In this document: positions 1-9,100 of the stretch, piece by piece | Position numbering within the stretch: the first letter of the stretch is position 1 | Layout of the letters: each line of letters starts with the position of its first letter | Source: Deltaproteobacteria bacterium | GTDB lineage: Bacteria; Desulfobacterota; Syntrophia; Syntrophales; UBA2210 | Direction of reading: 5' to 3' | NCBI GenBank assembly: GCA_018399535.1 | Contig: JAGYOR010000003.1 | Location: 1 to 38,480, forward strand | Length of the DNA stretch: 38,480 nucleotides | Position numbers and translations under genes: made by a program | Notes under the pieces: generated by a model | What the model was told of the DNA's origin: nothing | The model's input: the letters and a program-made list of their open reading frames with translations, nothing else | Database searches by the model: none

Positions 1-33
1 AACACCCGGTTCAATTCAACCGAATCAAAAACG

Positions 34-542
34 CCCGAAATACGCGATTGGTTCGGCCTGTTGATGGTACAGACAGTTCAACGCCCCGTTGATTCAGCAC
101 GCTGTGTGCTGTCCGATGCACATTCAGACCGAACCATTGAGGTTGCTGTATGGTTAGAACAGACTGAACCACCCATGAACCGTTCCACCGCGAAAGAGGA
201 ACTTTTACTGTCCGGCTCATTCTTGCCCGGTCTATCCTTCGACAGAGCTCAGGATGACCGGGTTAAATAAGGTTCTCAGGATAACCGGGTTAAATAAGGG
301 GCTCAGAATGACCGGGTTAAATAAGGTTCTCAGGATGACCGGGTTAAATAAGGGGCTCAGAATGATCGGTTGTCGGCCACCCCGTTCGGCCTCGTGTGCC
401 CCTTCAGGGGGTGGAGCTCCGTCGAAGGCCGGGTGTCTCCACCATCTCTGTTATATCTATATCCTTCGACTTTTCATACAGTGACGTTGCATATTGATGA
501 TTCGATAACGTGCTCCACAGAAAATCAATCGCGGATTTTGGG
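34..542 (+). mobile_element. Non-coding MITE-like/dispersed repeat element, copy 1, with ~20-bp terminal inverted repeats
   Basis: 34-53 CCCGAAATACGCGATTGGTT matches the reverse complement of 523-542 (CCCAAAATCCGCGATTGATT) at 17/20. Internal segments align with the reverse complement of 16137-16501. No transposase and no target-site duplication seen. Confidence 0.6.
248..371. repeat. 27-bp tandem repeat, about 4.5 units (CTCAGGATGACCGGGTTAAATAAGG-TT/GG)
   Basis: Units start at 248, 275, 302, 329 and 356 (partial). They are head-to-tail with no unique spacers. Confidence 0.95.
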
Positions 543-667
543 AAGATGGGCCGGCCGGTGGCGATTAAAACATGACCGATATTGTTTTTACGGTATTCCT
601 GTTCTGTCCGCGGGAAAAGTATGTTATACAGTGACGCATACCGGCATGAGCCGGACGGAGCGTAAGC

Positions 668-1453
668 GTGCAGTCTTTTACGGCGGCGACTTTCAACGTG
701 AATTCCATTCGATCGCGCCTTCATGTCGTTATTCCCTGGCTTGAGCGTAACCGTCCGCGGTTTCTCTGCCTCCAGGAAACGAAGGCGGCTGACGCCGCCT
801 TTCCCGCCGGGGCCTTTGAAGAGATCGACTATCACGTGGCATTCAGCGGGACGGGGCGGTACAACGGCGTGGCCGTGGCCTCGACCGAACGGCCGCTGAA
901 AGTCGAGGCAGGATTCGACGACGAGGGACCACCCGATGAAGACCGGTTGCTGAGGGTCGATTTCGACGACGTGACGGTTCTGAATCTCTATGTTCCTCAG
1001 GGGCGGGATCGGGACCACGAACAATTCCGCTACAAGCTGCGCTGGTTTGAGCGCCTGAGGGAGTACCTCGAACGTCACGCGTCACCGGAACAGTCCCTCA
1101 TATGCTGCGGCGACCTGAACGTGGCCCGCGAAGAAATCGACGTTCACAATCCGAAACGGCTGCGCGGCCACGTTGATTTCACCCCCGAGGTCTGGGAAGG
1201 ATTCGACCGGCTGATCGACTGGGGGCTGACGGATGTTTTTAGACGACACAATCCCGACGCGCGGGAGGAGTACACGTTTTTCGATTACCGGGTACCCCGC
1301 GCGCTTGACCGAAAGCTGGGCTGGCGCATCGATCATGTCCTGGCCACCCCTCCTCTGGCCGCCCGTTCGACGGGCTGTTACATCGACCTCGATCCCCGAA
1401 GAATGGAAAAACCATCTGATCACACGATACTCGTCGCGCAATTCGGTGCATAA
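668..1453 (+). CDS. xth: Exodeoxyribonuclease III (AP endonuclease)
   Basis: ATFNVNSIR, LCLQETK, GDLNVA, GWRIDH and PSDH motifs of the ExoIII/EEP family. GTG start after GGAG. Confidence 0.95.
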   Translation: MQSFTAATFNVNSIRSRLHVVIPWLERNRPRFLCLQETKAADAAFPAGAFEEIDYHVAFSGTGRYNGVAVASTERPLKVEAGFDDEGPPDEDRLLRVDFDDVTVLNLYVPQGRDRDHEQFRYKLRWFERLREYLERHASPEQSLICCGDLNVAREEIDVHNPKRLRGHVDFTPEVWEGFDRLIDWGLTDVFRRHNPDAREEYTFFDYRVPRALDRKLGWRIDHVLATPPLAARSTGCYIDLDPRRMEKPSDHTILVAQFGA

Positions 1454-1491
1454 TAACCGGGCCGGATCATCGTCGCGCTCAAGGAGTCGGT

Positions 1492-1920
1492 ATGGCGGGA
1501 GTGTATGACAAGCCGGGTTCACGGTATGACACGAACCGGAGAGTGAAGATGGTTCTCGTCAGGCACGGCGTGAACCTGGCGATGTTGAAGTGGTCGAGTT
1601 CGTCGACGACGACCTATTTCTACGGTGTTCTCAAAAAGGAGCCCGACGACGACTTCTCGCTGTCATCACTGGATGCATTGATCAAGGACTTGGTACACAT
1701 GGCCCATGCTCCACGCATCAAATTCAACCTGGAAAACTGGGACATCAGCTCGGAGACGGGGTCGTGGGTCATTACGAAGAAAAGGCCGGTCAAGACGGCG
1801 GCTCCCGCGGCCGATAAACCCCGGACCGTGGTCATCCGAACCAACGAAAAACCGGAAGACGTCCTGCGCGACATGGAAAAAGAAAAGCGGTCCGGCGACC
1901 GCCGGAGGGGCAAGACGTAA
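1492..1920 (+). CDS. Hypothetical protein, 142 aa
   Basis: ATG with AAGGAG RBS, follows xth in the same orientation, protein-like composition. No recognised motif. Confidence 0.75.
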   Translation: MAGVYDKPGSRYDTNRRVKMVLVRHGVNLAMLKWSSSSTTTYFYGVLKKEPDDDFSLSSLDALIKDLVHMAHAPRIKFNLENWDISSETGSWVITKKRPVKTAAPAADKPRTVVIRTNEKPEDVLRDMEKEKRSGDRRRGKT

Positions 1921-1957
1921 ACATTATTGTTCGCCCGGCACCGGTCGCGGCGCGACT

Positions 1958-3454
1958 TCACTCCATGTTCTCGCCCGCCGCGGCGGGGGCTTCCTCCGGG
2001 GTGTTCTTCACGGGGGGTGCTTTCCGCGCTACCTTGACGATAACGGTTATCGGCGGAGGACGCCTGTCGACGAAAAACAGGCCGGCCTGCTGAACGACGC
2101 CCGGCGACAGCCGGGTTGTCTCGGTAATGGCGTCGAGCGCCACCGGTTCGGTGACGATGCGCAGGTCGTCGTCGCTTTGCCGTGTCGCCAGCATCTTGAC
2201 CTTTTCAGGCGATACCTCGATGCCCTCCAGCACCAGGTCCTCCCGCAACGTTCCTGTCGTCTGCACCCGCACGGACACGTCCCGGGGGACCAGCTCGTGG
2301 GCCGTCAGCGTGAGTATTGCCGGCTGGATGTCCACCACGGTCAGGTTCGAGGGGTGTTCAACGCTTCCGGACGTCAGGGGGATTTCCTGGTTGCCCTCGC
2401 GAATGTCGGACATGTCCACGATTACCCGCAGGGTATTCCTGTCGAAAAGATCGAAGGCCTGTTTCGGTCCCATCAGGGAGACGGTGGCTTCCCGCGGGTC
2501 CTGGCTTTCGATGATCCAGTTAACCGGAAGGTTCCGGTAGGAAACGGGAATGGTGAAGTCCCGGCGGATGCTTTCCGTCTGGAACCCGAAGGCAAGCCAG
2601 AGAACAGCCGCCAGCCCAAGGGCGATTCCCTTTTCCCAGGGATTCGCGGTTACCCGCAGTCGCCTGCCCTTTTCTGCCCGCTCGGGAGACTGCAGCCGGT
2701 AGAACGCGTCGATCTCGCCCTCGATATCCTCCGTGTTTACCAGGGTACGTATGGCGCCGTTCATCGCGACCGAGACAGTGCCCCGTTCTTCCGACACGAC
2801 AATGCACAGGGCGTCGGCAAGCTCCGACAAGCCGAGGGCGGCTGTGTGGCGGAGGCCGAGACCCGCCACCTTCACGCTGTTTCTGGACAGGGGGAGATGG
2901 CAGCTGAATAACTTGGCCCGTCCATTGTCGATAACGACGGCGCCGTCGTGACCCGGTGAATTCGTGTCGAAAAGGCTTTCGATAAGCGCCGTGCTCACTT
3001 CGCCGTCGAGGGCGACGCCTCCCTCGAGGTGGCGGTCGAGGTGATCGCGTCCCTTGATAATGATCAGCGCTCCCCGCCGTTTCCGCGCCAGTCTCATGAT
3101 AGCCGTCACGAGGGGTTCCGTGGGCGAGGCGACGGAGGCGCGTTCGCGGCTGCGCGGTCTCCAGATGGCCAGTCGTTCGAAAAAGCGACGAAGGTCTTCC
3201 TGAAAAATGATCAGCAAGGCGATCAGGAAAACGGCGAAAAACCCCCGCAGAACATACTCGGTGAGGTACATGTGAAAAAAGCGGGCCGCCGTATATATTA
3301 TGCTGAGAATAATAATGCCGAAAAAGACAAAGCGTGATGCCGTTTTCTTCATCCAGGTGAGGATCACGTAAATCAGCAACGTGATGACGCCGATATCGAG
3401 AATATCGGAAATTCGAATATTATTTACAAGATGGAGGAGATATTCTTTCATCAT
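1958..3454 (-). CDS. dacA: Membrane diadenylate cyclase (CdaA/DacA-type DAC domain) fused to C-terminal YbbR/CdaR-like repeats
   Basis: Three N-terminal TM helices (DILDIGVI..., IIFQEDLRRF), RRGALIII, SPGHDGAVVI, CHLPLS, GLRHTAALGLSE and IVVSEERGTVS. These are followed by a further TM (ALGLAAVLWL) and YbbR-like segments. Start placed at ATG 3454 (or 3451) rather than 3565. Confidence 0.9.
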   Translation of the reverse strand: MMKEYLLHLVNNIRISDILDIGVITLLIYVILTWMKKTASRFVFFGIIILSIIYTAARFFHMYLTEYVLRGFFAVFLIALLIIFQEDLRRFFERLAIWRPRSRERASVASPTEPLVTAIMRLARKRRGALIIIKGRDHLDRHLEGGVALDGEVSTALIESLFDTNSPGHDGAVVIDNGRAKLFSCHLPLSRNSVKVAGLGLRHTAALGLSELADALCIVVSEERGTVSVAMNGAIRTLVNTEDIEGEIDAFYRLQSPERAEKGRRLRVTANPWEKGIALGLAAVLWLAFGFQTESIRRDFTIPVSYRNLPVNWIIESQDPREATVSLMGPKQAFDLFDRNTLRVIVDMSDIREGNQEIPLTSGSVEHPSNLTVVDIQPAILTLTAHELVPRDVSVRVQTTGTLREDLVLEGIEVSPEKVKMLATRQSDDDLRIVTEPVALDAITETTRLSPGVVQQAGLFFVDRRPPPITVIVKVARKAPPVKNTPEEAPAAAGENME

Positions 3455-3480
3455 TGACTCTCTTTTTCGCTTAGAGATAT

Positions 3481-3509
3481 AGTATGCATTAGAGTCATTA
3501 TGTTGACAA
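3481..3509 (-). promoter_or_regulatory. Putative sigma70 promoter for dacA
   Basis: Minus strand TTGTCA-N17-CATACT, about 27 nt upstream of ATG 3454. Confidence 0.5.
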
Positions 3510-3797
3510 ATAAAAAAAGAGTGAACCGGTGTGATATTTGCACACAAAGCATGTTCGCCTCCCACCGGGCCTCCGAGAGGGCCGTCGATACGTTCGATTC
3601 AGGGAATACTACCCGGCGGTGCGGGTTCGGGGACGCGAGCCCGTACCGGACAAGGGAAACGCCTCACAGGGCGCCCGCGCCCGTCACCTGTATGCTCCAG
3701 CACTTTATACGACCACGGTAGTCCGCGGAATCGGCGTGTGAGCGGGTGAGAAAACAAATAGGGGACATCGGCATCAGCAGATAAAGGAATCAAATCC

Positions 3798-4856
3798 ATG
3801 AACTCAAATCAGGATATCGTGGAACATCCCGCCCGGACGCTGCTTGATCTCGCGTCGGGCAAACGTTCGATTCTCATCGTGTGTCACAACAATCCCGATC
3901 CCGATGCCATGGCCGCGGCCCAGGCCCTGAAGGTTATTTTTTTTGCACAGAAACCCAAGCGGAAAGTCGTCATCGTGTACGGCGGCATCGTGGGCAGGGC
4001 CGAGAACCGGCAGATGCTGCGCCGCCTGAAAATCGAGATGACAAGCATAAAAGACATTTCCTTCAGGGATTTTTCACTGGTCTGCCTGATCGACAGTCAG
4101 CCGCGTACAGGCAACAATGATATTCCTCGAGCCGTTTATCCCCAGGTAGTCATTGATCATCATCCGCTCACTGCGGCGACGAAGAAATGCGACTTTTACG
4201 ATGTACGGCCCGGTTACGGCAGTTCCTCGACCATCCTGACGGAATACCTGCGGGAACTTGAAATTCCCGTGGACAGAAGGCTGGCGACGGCTCTTTTCTA
4301 CGGAATGAAAACAGACACCGGCGGTTTTTCCCGTTCCGTTACAAAAGCCGACCTCGAGACATTCAACTTTCTTGCTCCCCGCGTGGCGCCCCGCACGCTG
4401 GCGGCGATTGAAAATCCTCCCGTTCCCAAGAGTTATTATCTCAAGTATGTCGAAGCGATCGAAAGCTGCGTGGTGTACCAGAACGTTATCGTGACGGACC
4501 TGGGCAAGATCGGCAACCCCGATATTCCCGCCGAGATGGCCGACTTTCTCCTTCGCATGGAGGCTATCCGGTGGGTGCTGGCCATGGGCGAGTACCGGGA
4601 CGAGCTGATCCTGTCTGTCCGCACGTCCCGGCGGGGCTGGTGGGCCGGCAAGATCGCCCTGCGTATATTGCGCGGGCTGGGGACGGGCGGCGGTCACGAG
4701 CGGGCCGCGGGGGGCAAGGTGGCGCTCGCCGGTATGTCGCCGGAAGAACGGAAAGTAGTCCGGGAGCGAGTGGCGGAACGTCTGTTGAAAGTAGTCGGCG
4801 TGGGAGACGTGACCGGAAAACCGCTCTTCGCGTCCCGTAATCAGGAGCAGTCCTAA
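3798..4856 (+). CDS. DHH/DHHA1 family phosphoesterase (NrnA/DhhP-like)
   Basis: HNNPDPDA, LIDS, VVIDHH, GMKTDTG, SVR and GGGH motifs. Confidence 0.9.
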   Translation: MNSNQDIVEHPARTLLDLASGKRSILIVCHNNPDPDAMAAAQALKVIFFAQKPKRKVVIVYGGIVGRAENRQMLRRLKIEMTSIKDISFRDFSLVCLIDSQPRTGNNDIPRAVYPQVVIDHHPLTAATKKCDFYDVRPGYGSSSTILTEYLRELEIPVDRRLATALFYGMKTDTGGFSRSVTKADLETFNFLAPRVAPRTLAAIENPPVPKSYYLKYVEAIESCVVYQNVIVTDLGKIGNPDIPAEMADFLLRMEAIRWVLAMGEYRDELILSVRTSRRGWWAGKIALRILRGLGTGGGHERAAGGKVALAGMSPEERKVVRERVAERLLKVVGVGDVTGKPLFASRNQEQS

Positions 4857-4881
4857 CGGGGAACGAACACAGGGGGGTGCC

Positions 4882-6138
4882 ATGAAAATATTGATGTTCG
4901 GATGGGAATTTCCTCCATCCGTAAGCGGCGGCCTGGGAACGGCATGCCGCGGGCTGGCGGAAGGGCTTCTGGCGAACGGAGCGGAGGTCGTTTTCGTGGC
5001 GCCCGGCGCGGAGGGAGTCACGTCCCTGCCGAACCTCAGGTTCATCGACGGATTGTCGGCACCTCTCGCCGAAGATTCCGAGGCAACACCCGCAATACTG
5101 GAACGTCCCGCAGGTGTGTTGCTTGCTCCCTACATGACGGCGGGCGATTACCGGGAACAGCTGTCGGAACGTGACGGGGACCGGTACGGCGGCGACATGT
5201 ACGACGAAGTGGCCCGGTACGCCCGGTGCGCCCGGGCCGTTGCCCGGGCAGAATGTTTCGACGTCATCGCCGTCCACGACTGGATGACGATCCCCGCCGG
5301 CATGGCTGCCCGCGAGGAAACGGAACGACCCTTGATCGTGCACATACACTCCCTCGAGTCGGACAGGAGCCCATTGCGGATCAACGAATACATTTACGGG
5401 GTGGAACGTTTCGGCATGCTCGAGGCGGATCAGGTTATCGCCGTCAGTAACTACACGAAACAGAAAATAATCGATCAGTACGGCATACCGGGCGGGCGCA
5501 TCACGGTCGTTCACAACGCGGCGCTCCCCCTGCCGCCCGCGCCGCGGAAGAATGTGAAAGAGCCTGCACGGGGGAAAACTGTTCTTTTCCTCGGCAGAAT
5601 AACCTTTCAGAAGGGGCCCGGGTATTTCTTCGAGGCGGCACTCCTTGTTGCGGCGGAAGATCCGTCGGTGCGTTTCCTGATTGTCGGAACGGGCGACATG
5701 ATCGGCATGATGAAGCAACGTGCGGCGGCGGAAGGCATCGCCGACCGGTGTATGTTCACGGGATTTCTGGAAGGAGGGGACGTGACGGAATCTTTTGCCC
5801 GGAGCGATCTTTACGTCATGCCAAGCGATTCGGAGCCCTTCGGAATCACCGCGCTCGAAGCCATCAGCCAGGGCGTTCCCGTTATCCTTTCGGTGCATTC
5901 GGGGGTTGCTGAAGTGCTGCAAAGCTGTCCCGTCGTTGATCCGGAGGATACGGAAGTCCTGGCGCGGGAAATACTGGACATTCTGGGCGACGACGATCGG
6001 CGCCGGAAGATCGTTCGGGACGGCCTCGAGGATATGAAGGAGTTGACCTGGCGCCGTCAGGCGGCGGCGGTGCACGCGTGCTACCGCTCCGCGGCGGACC
6101 GGGCGGGCGAAACGTCCCTTCCCCGGGACGGCGGGTAA
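4882..6138 (+). CDS. Glycosyltransferase family 4 (glycogen-locus type)
   Basis: MKILMFGWEFPP..SGGLG, HDWMT, FLGRITFQKG and SEPFGITALEA (GT-B fold). Confidence 0.9.
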   Translation: MKILMFGWEFPPSVSGGLGTACRGLAEGLLANGAEVVFVAPGAEGVTSLPNLRFIDGLSAPLAEDSEATPAILERPAGVLLAPYMTAGDYREQLSERDGDRYGGDMYDEVARYARCARAVARAECFDVIAVHDWMTIPAGMAAREETERPLIVHIHSLESDRSPLRINEYIYGVERFGMLEADQVIAVSNYTKQKIIDQYGIPGGRITVVHNAALPLPPAPRKNVKEPARGKTVLFLGRITFQKGPGYFFEAALLVAAEDPSVRFLIVGTGDMIGMMKQRAAAEGIADRCMFTGFLEGGDVTESFARSDLYVMPSDSEPFGITALEAISQGVPVILSVHSGVAEVLQSCPVVDPEDTEVLAREILDILGDDDRRRKIVRDGLEDMKELTWRRQAAAVHACYRSAADRAGETSLPRDGG

Positions 6139-6183
6139 AGCGGGAAACGGCACGAAGGAAGAGAACGAGGTGTGCGAAGTACG

Positions 6184-9100
6184 ATGAACAAAACGATTGG
6201 TATATCGGCTGATTGCCTTTTTGAATTGAGCTGGGAAACCTGCAACAAGGTGGGCGGCATTCACAGGGTTCTCAGGGGGAAGGCCGCCCGTGCCGTCGAG
6301 CGGTTTGGAGACGGCTATTTTCTTATCGGTCCCGACCTGGGGAATAATCCGGATTTCGAAGAGACCGACGAAGAACTCTGGGACGACATCAGGTTCGACG
6401 CGGGCGCGAGAAACCTGTCCTGCCGGTGTGGTCGCTGGCGGGACGCTCCCGGTGGGCCCCGGACCATCCTGGTGAGCCACAACGGGAAGTACGACGCGGA
6501 CAGGTTGCTCTTCGGGCTCTGGCAGAACTACGGCGTCGATTCCATGGCGGGAGGTCCGGACTACATTGAACAGGTATTGTTCGCCACGGCGGCGGCCGAA
6601 ATCGTTGAAATTGTTTACGAACGGCTGCTGCGGCATCACGAGGTGTTCGTAGCCCATTTTCACGACTGGACAACAGCGGCGGGACTTCTCTATCTTAACC
6701 GGAATATTCCCGAAATCGCGACGGTTTTCACAGCTCACGCCACGGTGCTGGGCAGGGCGATCGCCGATGCGGGCGACGACCTGCCGGATGATCAGGGCGC
6801 CGCTTTTACCGCCGAGCTGGCGTCACGGCTGAACGTCAGCGCGCGGCATTCCATCGAGACGGCCGCCACGGCGCAGGCCGACTGCCTCTCCGCCGTGAGC
6901 GAGGTGACGGCGGAGGAAGTGACCCGCATCCTGGGACGCACTCCCCGTGTGATTCTTCCCAACGGCATTACCATTAATGATGTGCCTGAATGTTTCGACG
7001 AAGCGACCGGCGCCGACCCACGCCGCCTGGCGATGCTTGATTTCGCGTCGAAGTTCCTGCGTACGGAACTGCCTGCCGACAGGACCGATATTTTTTTTAC
7101 ATCGGGACAGTACGATTTCCGGGGCAAGGGGATCGACCTGTTTCTGGAATCGCTGAAGGGCGTGGGCGACGACCTGCGCAATGATCCGGCCGGCAGGAAG
7201 GTGGTCGCCTTCCTGGGCGTCCTCGGCGCTCACCGAGGGATTTCACATGAAACGTCGCGCATCCTTCGGGGAGAAGAGGGGGTCGTCTCCTCCGGCGTTG
7301 CCCGCATCTGTACTCACCAGCTTTCCGATCCCCAGCATGATCCCGTCTGGAAGGCGTGCAACGTCCTCAATCTTCTGAACGATGCCGGCGACGCGGTTCA
7401 CGTGATTTGCATGCCCGTCTATCTTGACGGGTACGACGGTATTGTGAATCTCACGTATGACGACGTACTCGCCGCCTGCGACCTGGGAGTGTTTCTCTCC
7501 CGGTACGAACCCTGGGGATATACGCCGCTGGACGGCGCGGCACGCTGTCTTCCGGTGGTGACCACGGATCGCGCCGGTTTCGGAGCCTGGGTGCGACGGC
7601 AGGAGGACATACCCGCCGGCGGTGTTTTCGTCCTTGATTTTCAGGGCAGGAGTCGGGAAAGCTGCGTCGCGGCGCTTAAGGAATGCTTTCTCCGCGTCCT
7701 GGACTGGACGCCCGAAGAGAAACGGCGTCAGCGGAGCAGGGCCCGGTTTGTCGCGGCACGGGCCGACTGGGCTGTTCTGTATGATCGTTACGGAGAAGCG
7801 TACAACGAGGCCGTCGCGACGGCGGATAAACGTCTGCACGGTCTCGATACCAGCGGCACGGGCCGCGAGGTCACTTACGCGGGCACCGATTCCCTGCAGC
7901 CGCGGTACCGGAATTTCAGCGTCGCCGTCCCCTTGCCTGAGCCGCTTGGTCGTCTCAGGGAGATCGCTTACGATCTTACCTGGACCTGGACCCCCGAAAT
8001 AGAAGAACTCTTCGCCCGGCTGGATCCCCGCCTGTGGGTCGATCTCGGCCGCAATCCCGTGGAACTGCTGGAGCGGGTCAGGGAAGACCGGCTGGTGGAA
8101 ATGGCGGAAAACGAGACCTACCTCCGGCTTTACCGGCGGGTGTTGACCCTGCTTGACGACATCGGCGCCGACAACGGATCATTTGGAGACGATGATGCAC
8201 TTATCACGGCGAAAACCCCCGTGGCCTATTTCTCGACGGAATACGGCATGCACGAGAGCCTGCCCATATATTCGGGCGGTCTCGGCGTTCTTTCGGGGGA
8301 CCACTTGAAGTCCTCGGCCAACCTTCATTTTCCTCTCGTCGGCGTGGGACTGCTGTACAAGAACGGCTATTTTTCACAGATGCTTGACGGCGAGGGCAAC
8401 CAGGCCGCACTCTACCCGGATAATGATTTTTCACGTATGCCTGTGAGCATCTGCGCCAACGGGAGCAAGCCCGATGAGGCGCTCAAGATTCATGTCGACC
8501 TGCCCGGGCGGAAACTATACGCCCAGGCCTGGCATGTTACCGTGGGAACGGTGACACTGTACCTGCTCGACACGGCCATTCCTGAAAACAACAGCCAGGA
8601 CATGGCCATTACGTCGCGTCTCTACGGCGCCGACCAGCGGCTTCGCATCGAGCAGGAAATCATGCTGGGCATCGGCGGCGTGCGGTTGCTGGAAAAGCTG
8701 GGAATACGGCCGGCCGTCTTTCATCTTAACGAGGGACACTCGGCCTTTCTGTTGCTCGAGCGCATCAGGGGCCTCATGGAAAAAAAGGGGCTGACCTTTC
8801 ACGAGGCACGGGAGGTTGTGCGGGCGAGTTCCATATTTACTACCCACAGTCCCGTCGAAGCGGCCAATGAACGGTTCGAAGAATCGCTCATGAAAAATTA
8901 TTTTTCCGAATACGCCGAGGAGCTGGGAATTTCCTGGGACACCTTCTGGCAGCTCGGCCGGGACGAACCGGGTCCAGGCAAACCCTTTTTCATGCCCGTA
9001 CTTGCTTTCAATCTGTGCTGCGCCTCCAACGCCGTGAGCGAACTTCACGGCCAGGTCGCGCGGAAGATGTGGAAAAAGGTGTGGTCGGGATTCGACGAGG

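Noticed and set aside
248-371. CRISPR array interpretation of the 27-bp repeats
   Set aside because: The units are contiguous with no unique spacers, and there are no cas genes in the window.
254-484. 76-aa ORF with MTGLNK(V/G)LR repeats
   Set aside because: It is a by-product of a 27-bp (3n) DNA repeat. There is no clear RBS and it is not preserved as such in copy 2 of the element.
476-636. 11-bp direct repeat ATACAGTGACG at 476 and 626 as a target-site duplication
   Set aside because: One copy lies inside the element, so the pair does not flank it. It may be chance.
3455-3797. Canonical ydaO/c-di-AMP riboswitch
   Set aside because: Fragments such as CTGAATC and CCCGAACCCG occur on the minus strand but in the wrong order and without the other conserved elements.
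4564-6738. Long antisense ORFs (724 aa here; also 1706-2911, 11308-13245, 16465-18048, 34860-35999, 36161-37681)
   Set aside because: These are shadow frames opposite well-supported genes in GC-rich DNA, with no motifs or RBS support.
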